In this document: positions 19,773-30,527 of the stretch, in pieces | Position numbering within the stretch: the first letter of the stretch is position 1 | How the letters are laid out: each line of letters opens with the position of its first letter | NCBI GenBank assembly: GCA_963827655.1 | Contig: CAWHCF010000046.1 | Coordinates: forward strand, 113,321-177,320 | Reading direction: 5' to 3' | From: an uncultured Acidobacteriota bacterium | GTDB lineage: Bacteria > Acidobacteriota > UBA6911 | Length of the DNA: 64,000 bases | Program-made: the position numbers and the translations under genes | The notes under the pieces: generated by a model | The model's database searches: none | Seen by the model: only the letters and a program-made list of their open reading frames with translations | What the model was told of the DNA's origin: nothing

Positions 19773-19920
19773 GGGTTCGCGCAGAACTAAGTTCACATTC
19801 TGCGGCCGCAGCCCGAAGGGGCGCGATCCTGAGGGCGCCAGACTACGCAGCTAAGAGAAACCGGTTCATGATTGATCACCGACTCCGCGCCAGAATGCGA
19901 AGTTATTTCCACGCGAGCCC
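19773..19920. mobile_element. Second, shorter copy of the MITE in inverted orientation
   Basis: GGGTTCGCGCAGAACTAAGTTCACATTCTG ... CAGAATGCGAAGTTATTTCCACGCGAGCCC; shares the internal ATCATGAACCGGTTTCT segment (reversed) with 14982-15213. Confidence 0.8.
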
Positions 19921-19937
19921 TTGGATCGAAAAACAAC

Positions 19938-19965
19938 TTGACAATTTGTAAAAACGGTATGCAAT
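19938..19965 (+). promoter_or_regulatory. Candidate sigma70 promoter for the TonB-dependent receptor operon
   Basis: TTGACA-N16-TGCAAT. Confidence 0.35.
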
Positions 19966-20104
19966 GGGCGCAATAGCTTGATGGCTGGCTCGGTTTCGGT
20001 CCGTTCCTGACTCCCCCCTTGATCTGAGGCTTGCCCTGAGGCCGACCCGAAGTCAGAAGGTTCAGTGCTTTGAACCCACGTTCGTTCTAAGGGGAGCGCC
20101 AATC

Positions 20105-23042
20105 ATGAAAACACCTGACTCGCAAGGCTCTGGTTGCGTTTTCTTTCAGGCTCGCCATTGGTGTCGCCTGCATTGCGGTGTTCACCTCCCCGCTGCCGGG
20201 CCAGACGTTCTACGGATTCCATCATCGGAACTGTCACGGATGCCTCGGGCGCCACCGTGCCCGGCGCAACCGTGTCCTTGATCGATCTCGGAACTTCCGA
20301 TCGCCGGACTGCTGTGACCGACACATCCGGGAGTTACCAGTTCGTGAACCTGATTCCCGGACGCTACCGCGTGGAAGTCGAGATCAGCGGTTTCAGCCGC
20401 TGCACGCGCGAGCCGGTTGTGGTGGAGGTCAGAGCGCGGTCCGCATCGACGCGTCGCTGCAGGTTGGGGATATCAGCCAGGTGGTGGAGGTCGCCGCCGT
20501 AACCCCGTTGCTGGAAACGGAGAACACATCGCTCGGCCATGTGGTCGGGTCACGAAAAGTCAGGAAATGCCCCTGAACGAGCGGAACGTGCTCAACCTCG
20601 TTGCCCTGGTGCCGGGAGTGGTGCCTCAAGGCCAGTCCATGCAGAATCCCACCGGTACCAACATTTTCGCGTGGGGCAACTACCAGATCGGCGGCGGAAT
20701 GGCGAACCAGAGCGCGACCTTTATAGATGGCGGGCGGTGAACGTCCCCTACGTCAACCTGACCACGCTGGTCCCGACGCAGGACGCCATGCAGGAGTTCC
20801 GAGTGCAGACCAACAATTTGGGCCCGGAATTAAGGGGTTCACCGACGTGATAACTATGCCAACGCCAGCATTGGCGGAGACAACGATCAGTACAACGCGC
20901 GCATCGATCAGAGTGTCAGCGAGAAGCTGCGTATCTTCGCCGCTTACTGATTGGAGTAATCTCAGCCTGCCCATCGATTGTATCGGACTCAGATCTACAT
21001 CGACCGCGGGCCCGAAACTCACCGCCCAGGTCGTTATCGCTGATACCTATACCTTTACTCCGACCACCATCGGCGATTTCTGCGTTGCTTCCTCCGGTTT
21101 GTCTACGACCGCCGCCAGAGAGCCTCGGCGTCGACCCGACTTTCGGCTGGCCGCCAGCCTCATAACCAGGTAGCTTTCCGCCACATTCCCACGCTTGCGT
21201 GCAAGGCTTCACTGATGTCTTCTGCCCGATGGCACGGGGAGCACTAGTTGCGCGCATGACAGCTATTCGGTGGCGCCGAGTCTCCTGAGATCGCGGGTCG
21301 CCCCCATCAGTTCGGCGGCGAGTGGCGGCGCAGATCTAATTACGCGCAGAGCACACCGAGCGGCTTTTTCACTTCAATAACTCTTCACCGCGGTGAATCC
21401 ATTTGCCCCCGCCGGCCGGGCTCCGGCTTCGCTTCATTCCTGCTGGGCTACGGAGCGGACGGCACTCATACCCCGCGCTGGTCGCAGGGTCGCGATCTAT
21501 CAGGGTTATTACATCTCGACACTTCTAGGTGAGCGCAGCTGACTATGAATTACGGCGTGCGGTGGGAGTTGCTGGGTCCGTGGACTGAGCGTTTCGATCG
21601 TCTCACCGTGCTGCTGCCGATGCTGAAAGCTCGGTGGCAGACCGACTGGCTTGCTGATGAGGGGCAGCTTGGCCCTGGTGAACTCCGAGGACCGCCGTCG
21701 CGTTATTCTCAGGACCGCCCTGGAAGCTTTTTGCACCCCGTTTGGGCTTTGCTTACCGTTCACCAACAGGACGTTATCGTGGCGGCTATGAGATTTTCTT
21801 CTTGCCCAATGATATTGCCTTCGGCCGGCTCCAACGGCGCTCCGGTGAATACCCTGGCCGCGCTCTGGGTGAGCCCTCGACGGAGGCGTCCGCCGTGGAA
21901 AGGCTGAGCATCCGTTTCCGGACGGCGTTCTTCACCGCCGGGGCACAGCCGTGTTCCAGAATGTTTTGCTCGGCCAGGGTATTGCTCGCTCATTCCGAGC
22001 GACCCTACGGATACGCGCAGCAGTGGTATCTCACCTTCGACAGACTGGGCGAAGGGACCGTGTCGAGCTTGCGCACGCTGGCTCGCGCGGTGTCCTATTC
22101 CGACTGGTGGACAGCAGATCGACCAGCTTCCCGACGAGTTTCTCTCTCTGGGCAGCGCGCTGCAGGAGCAAGTGCCCAACCCGTTCTTTGGCTTGATCCG
22201 ACTGGACCGCTGGCGGCCAGCACGGTGGCGCGGGGGCAGCTTCTGCGTCCCTTTCCCCAGTACAACGGCGTGACCATGCAGGCAGCGACCAATCGCAACT
22301 CCATCTATCATTCTATGCAGTGAGGGTCGAGAAGCGCTTCGGTGAAGGTGGCAGCTTCCTCGGCGCATATACCTGGGCCAAGCTGATCACCGATACCGAT
22401 ACGCTGACCGGTTGGCTGGAAGCCGCCGGACCCGGTGGCGTGCAGAACAACAACAACCTTCGCCTCGAACGGTCGCTGGCCAGCTTCGACGTGCCGCACC
22501 GCCTGGTGGTGAGCTATGTGCTCGATCTTCCCATTGGAAAAGGGAAGAGGTTCTTGGCGGTGTGAGCGGCGCTGCCGGCGCGCTGGTCTCTGGCTGGGGT
22601 TTCAACGGTGTTTCCACTTTCCAAAGCGGTTTTCCCTTGGCGCTCGGCACGGCTACCAACCTGACCAACTCCTTCGGCGGGGGCTCGCGGCCTAACAGCG
22701 ACGGCGAAGGTGCCACTCTCGAAGGCCGCGCGCAAGACCGGCTCAATCGCTGGTTCAAGACGGAGAACTTCAGCCAGCCCCGGCCTTCACCTTCGGTAAC
22801 GTCGGGCGCACTCTGTCTGACGCGCGCAGCCACGGGATTGCCAACTGGGATTTCGCCATCTTCAAGAACACTGCATCACGGAACAAGTCGGACTCCAGTT
22901 CCGGACCGAGGTCTTTAATCTTTTCAACCGGGTGCTGTTCGGTCCTCCTGGTCGCACCTTCGGCAACGCGCAATTCGGCGTGGTCGCCTCCCAGTTGAGT
23001 AACCCCAGGCTGGTGCAGTTTGCGCTCCGTCTGATCTTCTAG
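20105..23042 (+). pseudogene. TonB-dependent receptor (CarboxypepD_reg + Oar-like), heavily frameshifted
   Basis: GTVTDASGATVPGA, MPLNERNVLNLVALVPGV, QEFRVQTN, NYGVRWE, FDVPHRLVVSY and C-terminal PRLVQFALRLIF*; many indels. Confidence 0.8.
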
Positions 23043-23126
23043 CGTTTCTACGAGTCTTCTGAGTCTTAGAGGTTGGTTTTTGTTCACTACATAACCACGA
23101 AGACTCGAAGACACGAAGAGAACACC
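23042..23126. repeat. REP-like family A palindrome
   Basis: gagtcttctgagtcttagaggtt ... aaccacgaagactcgaagacacgaag. Confidence 0.7.
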
Positions 23127-23147
23127 AAGCTCTCTTGTCATAACCTC

Positions 23148-24740
23148 ATGATGCGAACGGTGATACTGTGTGTCTCGGTCGGTATTCTGCAGCTGTTCCG
23201 CCCCGCCGGCATCGATTTCGCACATCGCAATTCACCTACAGGGCAGAAGTACCTGATCGAGACCATGGGAGGTGGGGTCGCCTGCTCGACTTCAACAATG
23301 ACGGGCGTCTCGACGTTTTCCTGGTCAATAGCGGGAAGCTTGAAGATCGGCAGGCTTCCAGTCAATTTTCGCGGCGTGAGCCGGAATTCTGGAACCGGCT
23401 GTATCGCCAGAACACGGATGGGAGCTTTACTGATGTCACGGCGGCTGCGAGAGCTGGCAGACGCCGGGAACAATTATGGAATGGGAGTGGCGGCTGGTGA
23501 CTACGACAACAACGGGTTCGCAGACCTTTATGTAACCAACTACGGACGCAACATGTTGTATCGCAACAACGGCGACGAGACATTCACTGATGTAACGGCT
23601 GAGGCGGGAGTTGCGGCTGGCGGCTGGTCGGCATCGGCCGGATTCTTCGACTACGACAATGATGGACAGCTGGACCTCTTTGTAACCCGTTATCTGGACT
23701 GGGAGATCGGCCGCAACATCTTGTGCGGAACCCCATTTCGTTCCTATTGCCATCCCGACAAATTCGATGGTGTTACCAGTGTGCTCTTTCACAACGAAGG
23801 CGGTGGGCGATTTCGGGATGTGAGCGTGCCATCGGGAATCGCTACGGTCAAAGGCAAGGCCCTCGGGGTTGCGTTCAACGACTTTGACGGCGATGGCTTC
23901 CCGGATATCTTCGTTGCCAATGACAGCATGGAGCAGTTTCTGTTTCACAACAAAGGCGACGGAACTTTCAAAGAGCAGGCGCTTCAGACCGGCGTGGCGT
24001 TCTCCGACGATGGCAAGAGCTATGCGGGAATGGGCGTCGCGTTCGCCGACTACGACAATGACGGGCGTCCGGATCTCGTTGTGACCAATCTCGCACTTGA
24101 GAAATATGCCTTGTATCGTAACGAGGGCAAGGGTCAGTTTGTTTACACAAGCTTGACCACGGGCCTGGCGGCGCTGACGGCACGCAGCTCCGGATGGGGC
24201 GTGGGACTGCATGATTTTGACAACGACGGCTGGAAAGATCTGTTCGTGGCGCAGAGCCACGTACTGGATAACGTGGAGCAGATCCACTCGGGCCTGCGGT
24301 ACCTGGAACCTCCGGTGTTGTTGCGCAATGTGGCCGGGAAGTTCGAGAAGACGGTTCCGGCGGACCTCCCCAGCGTCGCGGGACGCGGGACGGCTTTTGG
24401 AGACTTGAACAACGACGGGTACATCGATGCGATCGTGTCGGTGCTGGGCGGACGCCCTCTCGTTTTTCTCAACCGCGGGGGTCAGAACCATTGGCTGACC
24501 CTGAGACTCGTGCGCGCCCGACGCAACCGGGCTGGAACCGGCGCAATCGTGAAGGCCGGAAAGCAGTGGGCTTACGCCACGGCTTCGGGTAGTTACCTCT
24601 CGGCAAGCGATGAACGCGTGCACTTCGGTTTGGGATCGGATAAACAGACCACGGTGGAGATCATCTGGCCGGGCGGGAAGAGACAAGTTCTGGAGAAGGT
24701 AGCCGCCAACCAGATAATAACGGTGAAGGAGGCGGAATGA
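23148..24740 (+). CDS. CRTAC1/ASPIC-UnbV family FG-GAP repeat protein (compensating frameshifts at ~23280-23450)
   Basis: ETMGGGV, repeated DYDNDG.DL motifs and SYLSASDERVHFGLG. Confidence 0.9.
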   Translation: MMRTVILCVSVGILQLFRPAGIDFAHRNSPTGQKYLIETMGGGVACSTSTMTGVSTFSWSIAGSLKIGRLPVNFRGVSRNSGTGCIARTRMGALLMSRRLRELADAGNNYGMGVAAGDYDNNGFADLYVTNYGRNMLYRNNGDETFTDVTAEAGVAAGGWSASAGFFDYDNDGQLDLFVTRYLDWEIGRNILCGTPFRSYCHPDKFDGVTSVLFHNEGGGRFRDVSVPSGIATVKGKALGVAFNDFDGDGFPDIFVANDSMEQFLFHNKGDGTFKEQALQTGVAFSDDGKSYAGMGVAFADYDNDGRPDLVVTNLALEKYALYRNEGKGQFVYTSLTTGLAALTARSSGWGVGLHDFDNDGWKDLFVAQSHVLDNVEQIHSGLRYLEPPVLLRNVAGKFEKTVPADLPSVAGRGTAFGDLNNDGYIDAIVSVLGGRPLVFLNRGGQNHWLTLRLVRARRNRAGTGAIVKAGKQWAYATASGSYLSASDERVHFGLGSDKQTTVEIIWPGGKRQVLEKVAANQIITVKEAE

Positions 24741-25780
24741 TCGCGGCGGTGGCGCTGTTGCTGGCGCTGCAGGCGGCTCCCGAGCTGAAGAAGCATGTCG
24801 ACGCCGGGCTGAAGGCCAAGCACGCCGGCGATCTTGATACGGCGATCCGCGAATTCGAGCGGGTTGTAGAACTCGCGCCGGAGCTGGCGGCCTCGCATGT
24901 CGACCTGGGCGCCGTCTACTTCGAGAAAAAGGATTATGCCAACGCTATCCCATCTCTGCGAAAGGCGCTGCAAATTAATCCGGACCTTCCGGGCGCGCAT
25001 GCCATGCTGGGGACGGCGTTGCTGGCACAAGGTTACGCCTCGCAATCGATTCCGCACCTGGAGAAGGCCCAGGCGGACGGCTTGCTGGGGGTAGCGTTGC
25101 TCGAGTCCGGTCGAGCGCGGGAGGGGATCGACCGGCTGGAGACCGCGCTCCAGAAGAAGCCCGACGATCCCGATCTGCTCTACTATCTGAGTCACGCGTT
25201 GGGACGTCTCTCGAAGCAGCTGTTCGACCGGCTAGCGGAAAGCAGTCCGACTTCGGCACGAGCACGGCAAATGATGGCAGAGGCTCACGCCGCAGCGGGA
25301 AATCGGGATGCGGCGGAAAAGGAATTTCGTGCCGCGTTGGCCGCGCGGCCGGACTTGCGCGGGGCGCACTTTGCCCTGGGTGAAATGTATCTCGGCTCCG
25401 GAGACTACGAGCGCGCGGAGCAAGAGTTTCGCGAGGAGGCGCGGCTGGCGCCAGGGTCATCCGCCGCCGCCCATAAACTGGGTGCGGTGCTGTTGAATCG
25501 CGGCCGGATTCACGAAGCGCTGGCCGAACTCAAGCGCTCGGATGCACTGCAGCCGGGCATGCCGGAGACTTTGCTGGAACTGGGAAAGGCGACCGCCGCG
25601 ACAGGCGATCTTGCTTTGGCTGAGAAGCTGATGCGCCAGGTGCTCGATCTGGAGCAGGTGTCGCGCCTGGCGGAGTCCGCGCATTATCAACTCGCGGAGA
25701 TCTACCGCAGATTGGGACGCCCCTCGGATGCGGATCGAGAGATGAAGCTATTTCAAGAGATGCGCAAGACTCGGAAGTAG
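24737..25780 (+). CDS. Tetratricopeptide repeat protein, exported
   Basis: Signal peptide and multiple TPRs; overlaps the CRTAC1 stop. Confidence 0.88.
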   Translation: MIAAVALLLALQAAPELKKHVDAGLKAKHAGDLDTAIREFERVVELAPELAASHVDLGAVYFEKKDYANAIPSLRKALQINPDLPGAHAMLGTALLAQGYASQSIPHLEKAQADGLLGVALLESGRAREGIDRLETALQKKPDDPDLLYYLSHALGRLSKQLFDRLAESSPTSARARQMMAEAHAAAGNRDAAEKEFRAALAARPDLRGAHFALGEMYLGSGDYERAEQEFREEARLAPGSSAAAHKLGAVLLNRGRIHEALAELKRSDALQPGMPETLLELGKATAATGDLALAEKLMRQVLDLEQVSRLAESAHYQLAEIYRRLGRPSDADREMKLFQEMRKTRK

Positions 25781-26035
25781 CAATCCCACCTAGGCTCAGT
25801 CCGAACCCTCGCCTTTGGAACAACGCTTTGCCTTTGGCGCCGTGCCAGGGTACTGTATCCGCGTGGACGCCACGGGCTTCTGCGGCCGCAGCTTCAGCCT
25901 TTGAATGCTACCGAGCGGCTCGCCAGGCTCATTGGAGGGCCGGGTATCCCGAGCAGCCAGAACATCATCTTCGTTGCTCGCTGGCCGAGAACGAGGGTGG
26001 GAAGGCCCTATAAGCGCCGACATACATGTCCCCAG

Positions 26036-26317
26036 CCGTGAGAAACTGTGTAAAAATTGGGTCTGTGGCGCGGGTCAATGAGACGCGACGCGGTTTGCGG
26101 AGGGCTATCAAGCTCGTCCGGCCCCGAGGGGCATATGAACTTTAGGTTAAGGCATAGCGTTACGTAACTGCGACGGGCCATGCCCTCCAAGGGTGCTGGA
26201 AGTTGTCAGCCCGGCTGCGTGAATTGCAACAGTCTCTAATGACCCGCGCCACAAAAAGCTAAAGGGATGCCGGTCAATCGAGAGCCGTTCGCTGAATTTA
26301 TTCACAGCTTCTCACGG
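26036..26317. mobile_element. Nested inverted-repeat (MITE-like) element
   Basis: Outer IR ccgtgagaaactgtgtaaaaatt / aatttattcacagcttctcacgg; inner IR tgtggcgcgggtcaatgagac (26064-26084) / gtctctaatgacccgcgccaca (26232-26253). Confidence 0.7.
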
Positions 26318-26428
26318 GCGGGCTATTTCCCCTGCCGGGCCTTCGGCCCTGGTTAACGGGGCGCGAGAAGAACTTCGAGAAGCATACCGCTACTGTCTGA
26401 ATCGCAGATTGTCCTCAGGAGGCTTGCG

Positions 26429-27841
26429 ATGGAGAACACAAGAACCCGCGGATTTGTCGACAAGGTCTGGGACGGTTCGATCTTACCGACCCTCATTGAT
26501 TACATTCGAATTCCGAACAAGTCGCCGCTCTTCGATCCGGAGTGGCAGGCCCACGGACACATGGATCGAGCGCTGGAACGGATTGTGGCCTGGGTTCGGT
26601 CGCAGCCGGTTCCGGGAATGAAGATGGAAGTTGTGCGCCTCCCGGGGCGCACGCCCTTGCTGTTCATCGATACTCCGGGAGATTCGAAGGATTGCGTGCT
26701 TCTGTACGGGCACTTCGACAAGCAGCCGGAAATGACGGGGTGGCGCGAGGGTCTCGGACCCTGGACTCCTGTGGTCGAGGGGGAAAAGCTCTATGGCCGC
26801 GGCGGAGCAGACGACGGCTATGCGGTCTTCGCCTCGCTCACGGCGCTGGCCGCGCTGAGGGAGCAGGGCGTGCCCCATGCGCGCACAGTCACTCTCATTG
26901 AAGGCTGCGAGGAAAGCGGCAGCTTCGACCTTCCTCACTACCTCGAGGCGCTGTCGGACCGCATCGGGACGCCAAGCCTCGTTGTCTGCCTGGATTCGGG
27001 CTGCGGGAACTACGACCAGCTCTGGGGAACAACGTCGCTGCGCGGGCTGGTGTCCGGAAGCCTCTACGTGGAACTGCTGCGCGAGGGCGTTCATTCGGGC
27101 GATGGTTCGGGGGTGATTGCTTCAAGCTTTCGGGTCGTCCGGCGACTGCTCAGCCGCCTCGAGGACGAGAGAACGGGCGAGATTCTGCCTCCCGAATTCC
27201 ACGTCGAGATCCCCCGGCAGCGGCTCGAACAGGCCGACAAGCTCGCAGCCATCCTGCGTGAGGAAATCTATAGCAAGTTCCCGCTGCAACCGAACGTCGA
27301 GCCGGTGACGCGCGATGTCAAACAGCTCGTTCTGAACCGCACCTGGCGCCCGGCTCTGGCGATCACCGGCGCCGCCGGACTTCCTCCGCTCGAGAGCGCG
27401 GGGAACGTCCTGCGCCCGATGACCGCCGTGAAGGTGTCGCTCCGGATCCCGCCGACGTGCGACGCCAGGCGAGCCCTGGCCCGGCTGAAGGAGTTGCTCG
27501 AAAGCGATCCGCCCTATGGCGCTCGAGTGCGCTTTGACCCCGACCACGAGGCAGCGGGCTGGAACGCGCCGGAAGTGAAACCCTGGCTCGAGGAGTCGAT
27601 CGACCGCGCGTCGCAGGCCTTTTTCCAGCGCGAAGCCGCATACTCCGGCGAAGGGGGAACGATTCCCTTCATGGCCATGCTGGGAGAAAAGTTCCCCGAG
27701 GCGCAGTTCTTGATTACCGGCGTCCTGGGTCCGCACTCCAACGCGCACGGGCCGAATGAGTTCCTCCACGTGCCCACCGCCCGGAAACTGACCTGCGCCG
27801 TGGCCCACATCGTCGCCGACCATCACCGGCGATCGCAGTAG
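26429..27841 (+). CDS. M20 family metallopeptidase/dipeptidase
   Basis: YGHFDKQP, GRGGADDG, GCEESGS, HSG and NAHGPNE motifs. Confidence 0.92.
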   Translation: MENTRTRGFVDKVWDGSILPTLIDYIRIPNKSPLFDPEWQAHGHMDRALERIVAWVRSQPVPGMKMEVVRLPGRTPLLFIDTPGDSKDCVLLYGHFDKQPEMTGWREGLGPWTPVVEGEKLYGRGGADDGYAVFASLTALAALREQGVPHARTVTLIEGCEESGSFDLPHYLEALSDRIGTPSLVVCLDSGCGNYDQLWGTTSLRGLVSGSLYVELLREGVHSGDGSGVIASSFRVVRRLLSRLEDERTGEILPPEFHVEIPRQRLEQADKLAAILREEIYSKFPLQPNVEPVTRDVKQLVLNRTWRPALAITGAAGLPPLESAGNVLRPMTAVKVSLRIPPTCDARRALARLKELLESDPPYGARVRFDPDHEAAGWNAPEVKPWLEESIDRASQAFFQREAAYSGEGGTIPFMAMLGEKFPEAQFLITGVLGPHSNAHGPNEFLHVPTARKLTCAVAHIVADHHRRSQ

Positions 27842-27883
27842 GGTCGTTTAGCTTTCCTTGCGTCCTGGCTGTGCGTAAGAGGT

Positions 27884-29950
27884 ATGCCGATGGCTTCACG
27901 TCTGACCTGGCTGGCAGGGGTCTTCATCCTGCTTTGTTCGGCTTTTTCGAATACCAAATCTGATTTTGACACGGCGACAGCGGACGAATATGGGGTCAAT
28001 GGCGCGAAACTTGACGAGTTGCGTCAGGATCTGGCCGCGCGTGGAACCAAGGCTTTCCTGGTGCTCCGCCACGACCGGATCATCTATGAATGGTACGGCT
28101 CCGGCGTTGAGCCCACGCAACTCCACGGCACGGCGTCGCTGGCGAAAGCCCTTGTCGGCGGCATGTCGCTCCTGGTTGCTCTGAACGACGGCCGTATCGG
28201 CGTGGACGATCCGGCCTGGAAATATATCCCGCATTGGAAGGATGATCCGCTCAAGTCGAAGATTACCATCCGCCACCTGGCAACCCATTCGTCGGGCCTG
28301 GAAGACGCCGAACAGGACGGCAAGCCGCATGCGGAACTCGAGGGCTGGAAGGGAGCGTTCTGGCGGAGAGATCCGGATCCTTTCTCGATTGCGATTCGCC
28401 AGGCGCCCGTCTTGTTCGAGCCGGGAACGCGATATGCCTACAGTAACCCGGGCATGGCGGCGCTAGCCTATGCTGTGACTGCGAGTCTAAAAGGGGGACC
28501 TCATCCGGATATTCAGGCGCTGCTGCGCGAGCGCATCATGGTTCCACTCGGACTCGCGGATAGCGAGTGGTCCATCGGCTACCGGCATGGCTATGAAGTG
28601 AATGGATTGAAGCTGTACGCAAACTGGGGTGGCGGATCTTTCACTCCGCGCGCCGTCGCGCGCGTGGCACAGCTGATGCTCCACCGCGGTCGATTCGGCG
28701 ATCGGGAACTCGTTGGTCGCGCCTGGACGGAGCTGATCGTGAAGAACGCAGGCACACCGCTGCCGGATCGAAGCGGCGGCGAACCAGCGCCAGCATCGGG
28801 TCTTGCCTGGTACACAAATTTTGACGGAATCTGGCCCTCGGTGCCACGCGACGCCTACGCCGGAGCAGGAGCGCGTCACCAGTTGCTGCTGGTTGTGCCC
28901 AGTCTGGGTCTGATCGTAGTCCGAAACGGAGAATCGCTGTCGTCTCCGGGCGAGGGTTTCTGGGCCGGCCCGGTCAAGCGGCTTTTCGACCCGCTGATGG
29001 GCGCCATTCAGACGGATGCGTCACCCTACCCAAGGAGCAAAGCAATCACCCGCGTTGAGTTCGCCCCGGCTTCATCTATTGTGCGCGAGGCCATCGGCAG
29101 CGATAACTGGCCGATAACGTGGGGCGATGACGATCGCCAGTACACGGCCTATGGCGATGGATGGGGGTTCGAACCACGGATTGACCGCAAGCTTAGCCTG
29201 GGCTTTGCCACTATCGGCGGGCCTCCCGCGAAACCTGACGCGAAGAACCTTCGCTCGCCCGGTGGTGAACGGCTGGGTGATGGCAAGATGGGACCGAAGG
29301 CCAGCGGAATCCTGATGGTAGATGGCGTGCTCTACATGTGGGTGAGAAACGTCGGGAACGCGCAGCTGCTATGGTCGGAAGACCACGGCCGCACGTGGCA
29401 TTGGGACTTCAAATTCGAAACCAGTTTTGGTTCGCCCGCGTTTCTCAATTTCGGCAAGAACTATGATGGAGCGCGTGACGATTACGTCTACGTCTATTCA
29501 CAGGACGGACCGAGCGCCTACGAGTCAGACGACCACGTCGTTATGGCTCGGGTTCCTAAGAAGAAAGTTCGCGATCGCAGCGCCTACGAGTTCTTCGTGA
29601 AGCTGGATTCTTCCCATCAGCCGGTCTGGGCCCGCAGCATCGAGCGGCGCGGAGTCGTTTTCAGCTATCCGCGCCACGTCCAGCGTGTCGACGCGGTGTA
29701 CAACCCCGGGATCAAACGTTACCTGCTGGCGGCAGGTTTCAACCATCGCGGCGGCTGGGGAATCTTCGACGCGCCGGAGCCCTGGGGTCCTTGGACCACC
29801 GCCTTTCATACCGAATCCTGGGACATCGGTGGAACCCACGGGTATCGTTTGCCCAGCAAGTGGATCAGTTCCGATGGCAGGACGATGCATCTGATTTTCT
29901 CTGGTGTTAAGGAGTACGACGCCTTTTGCGTACGGAAAATGTCTTTCTAG
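27884..29950 (+). CDS. Serine hydrolase (beta-lactamase class C-like) fused to a DUF4185-like beta-propeller
   Basis: SLAK (SxxK), LATHSSGL and YSN; C-terminal GSDNWPITW, YTAYGDG and DAPEPWGPW. Confidence 0.82.
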   Translation: MPMASRLTWLAGVFILLCSAFSNTKSDFDTATADEYGVNGAKLDELRQDLAARGTKAFLVLRHDRIIYEWYGSGVEPTQLHGTASLAKALVGGMSLLVALNDGRIGVDDPAWKYIPHWKDDPLKSKITIRHLATHSSGLEDAEQDGKPHAELEGWKGAFWRRDPDPFSIAIRQAPVLFEPGTRYAYSNPGMAALAYAVTASLKGGPHPDIQALLRERIMVPLGLADSEWSIGYRHGYEVNGLKLYANWGGGSFTPRAVARVAQLMLHRGRFGDRELVGRAWTELIVKNAGTPLPDRSGGEPAPASGLAWYTNFDGIWPSVPRDAYAGAGARHQLLLVVPSLGLIVVRNGESLSSPGEGFWAGPVKRLFDPLMGAIQTDASPYPRSKAITRVEFAPASSIVREAIGSDNWPITWGDDDRQYTAYGDGWGFEPRIDRKLSLGFATIGGPPAKPDAKNLRSPGGERLGDGKMGPKASGILMVDGVLYMWVRNVGNAQLLWSEDHGRTWHWDFKFETSFGSPAFLNFGKNYDGARDDYVYVYSQDGPSAYESDDHVVMARVPKKKVRDRSAYEFFVKLDSSHQPVWARSIERRGVVFSYPRHVQRVDAVYNPGIKRYLLAAGFNHRGGWGIFDAPEPWGPWTTAFHTESWDIGGTHGYRLPSKWISSDGRTMHLIFSGVKEYDAFCVRKMSF

Positions 29951-30089
29951 GATTTAGGATTTTTCTTCGTGTCTTGGTGTCCTGTTGTGTGGCAAAAGGG
30001 TAGCATGGATCTCGTTATAGTTGATTTATAGCGAGACTTCTAGGGAGAGCAAGCAAACAGAAATTGTATGTGTTAAGGCTAAGGAGGCA

Positions 30090-30447
30090 ATGGCAACGGA
30101 TCTTGCAGGGAGCTGGATTGCGTCAAAAATCGAGGATATAGGTTATGATCTGAAGGGATATATCAGCGTGATTGGTAAAAACTGGAACTAGTTTAGCTAA
30201 TCAGATGCAAAGATCAGCAGTGTCTATTCCGTCGAATATCGCGGAAGGTTATGGTCTGAAACAGACGAAAGCGTACTTGAGACACCTGGCATTAGCGAGT
30301 GGGTCTCTCAGTGAACTCGAAACTCAACTCGAAATATCGGATCGTCTGAGCTATCTTCGGGTCGGAGGGAAGGACGTGATCATGCAAGCTAACGAGGTGG
30401 GGAAAATGTTATCGGGATTGCGGCGGAGTTTGCGCAAGAACGCCTAA
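30090..30447 (+). pseudogene. Four-helix bundle (23S rRNA-IVS-like) protein with degenerate N-terminus
   Basis: NQMQRSAVSIPSNIAEG..YLRHL..ASGSLSELETQL; AAGGAGG-ATG at 30090 is out of frame; segment is AT-rich. Confidence 0.8.
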
Positions 30448-30474
30448 ATCCTGAATCCTAAATCCTAAATCCTA
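30443..30474. repeat. CCTAAAT heptamer tandem repeat, with an inverted copy TAGGATT at 29948-29962
   Basis: cctaaatcctgaatcctaaatcctaaatccta. Confidence 0.8.
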
Positions 30475-30527
30475 GTGGTATTTGTTTTTCAGCGCTAACC
30501 ACGAGGACTCGAAGACGCAATTGAACC

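Noticed and set aside
30090-30447. Diversity-generating retroelement Avd or an rRNA intervening sequence
   Set aside because: There is no reverse transcriptase, TR/VR pair or rRNA in the window.
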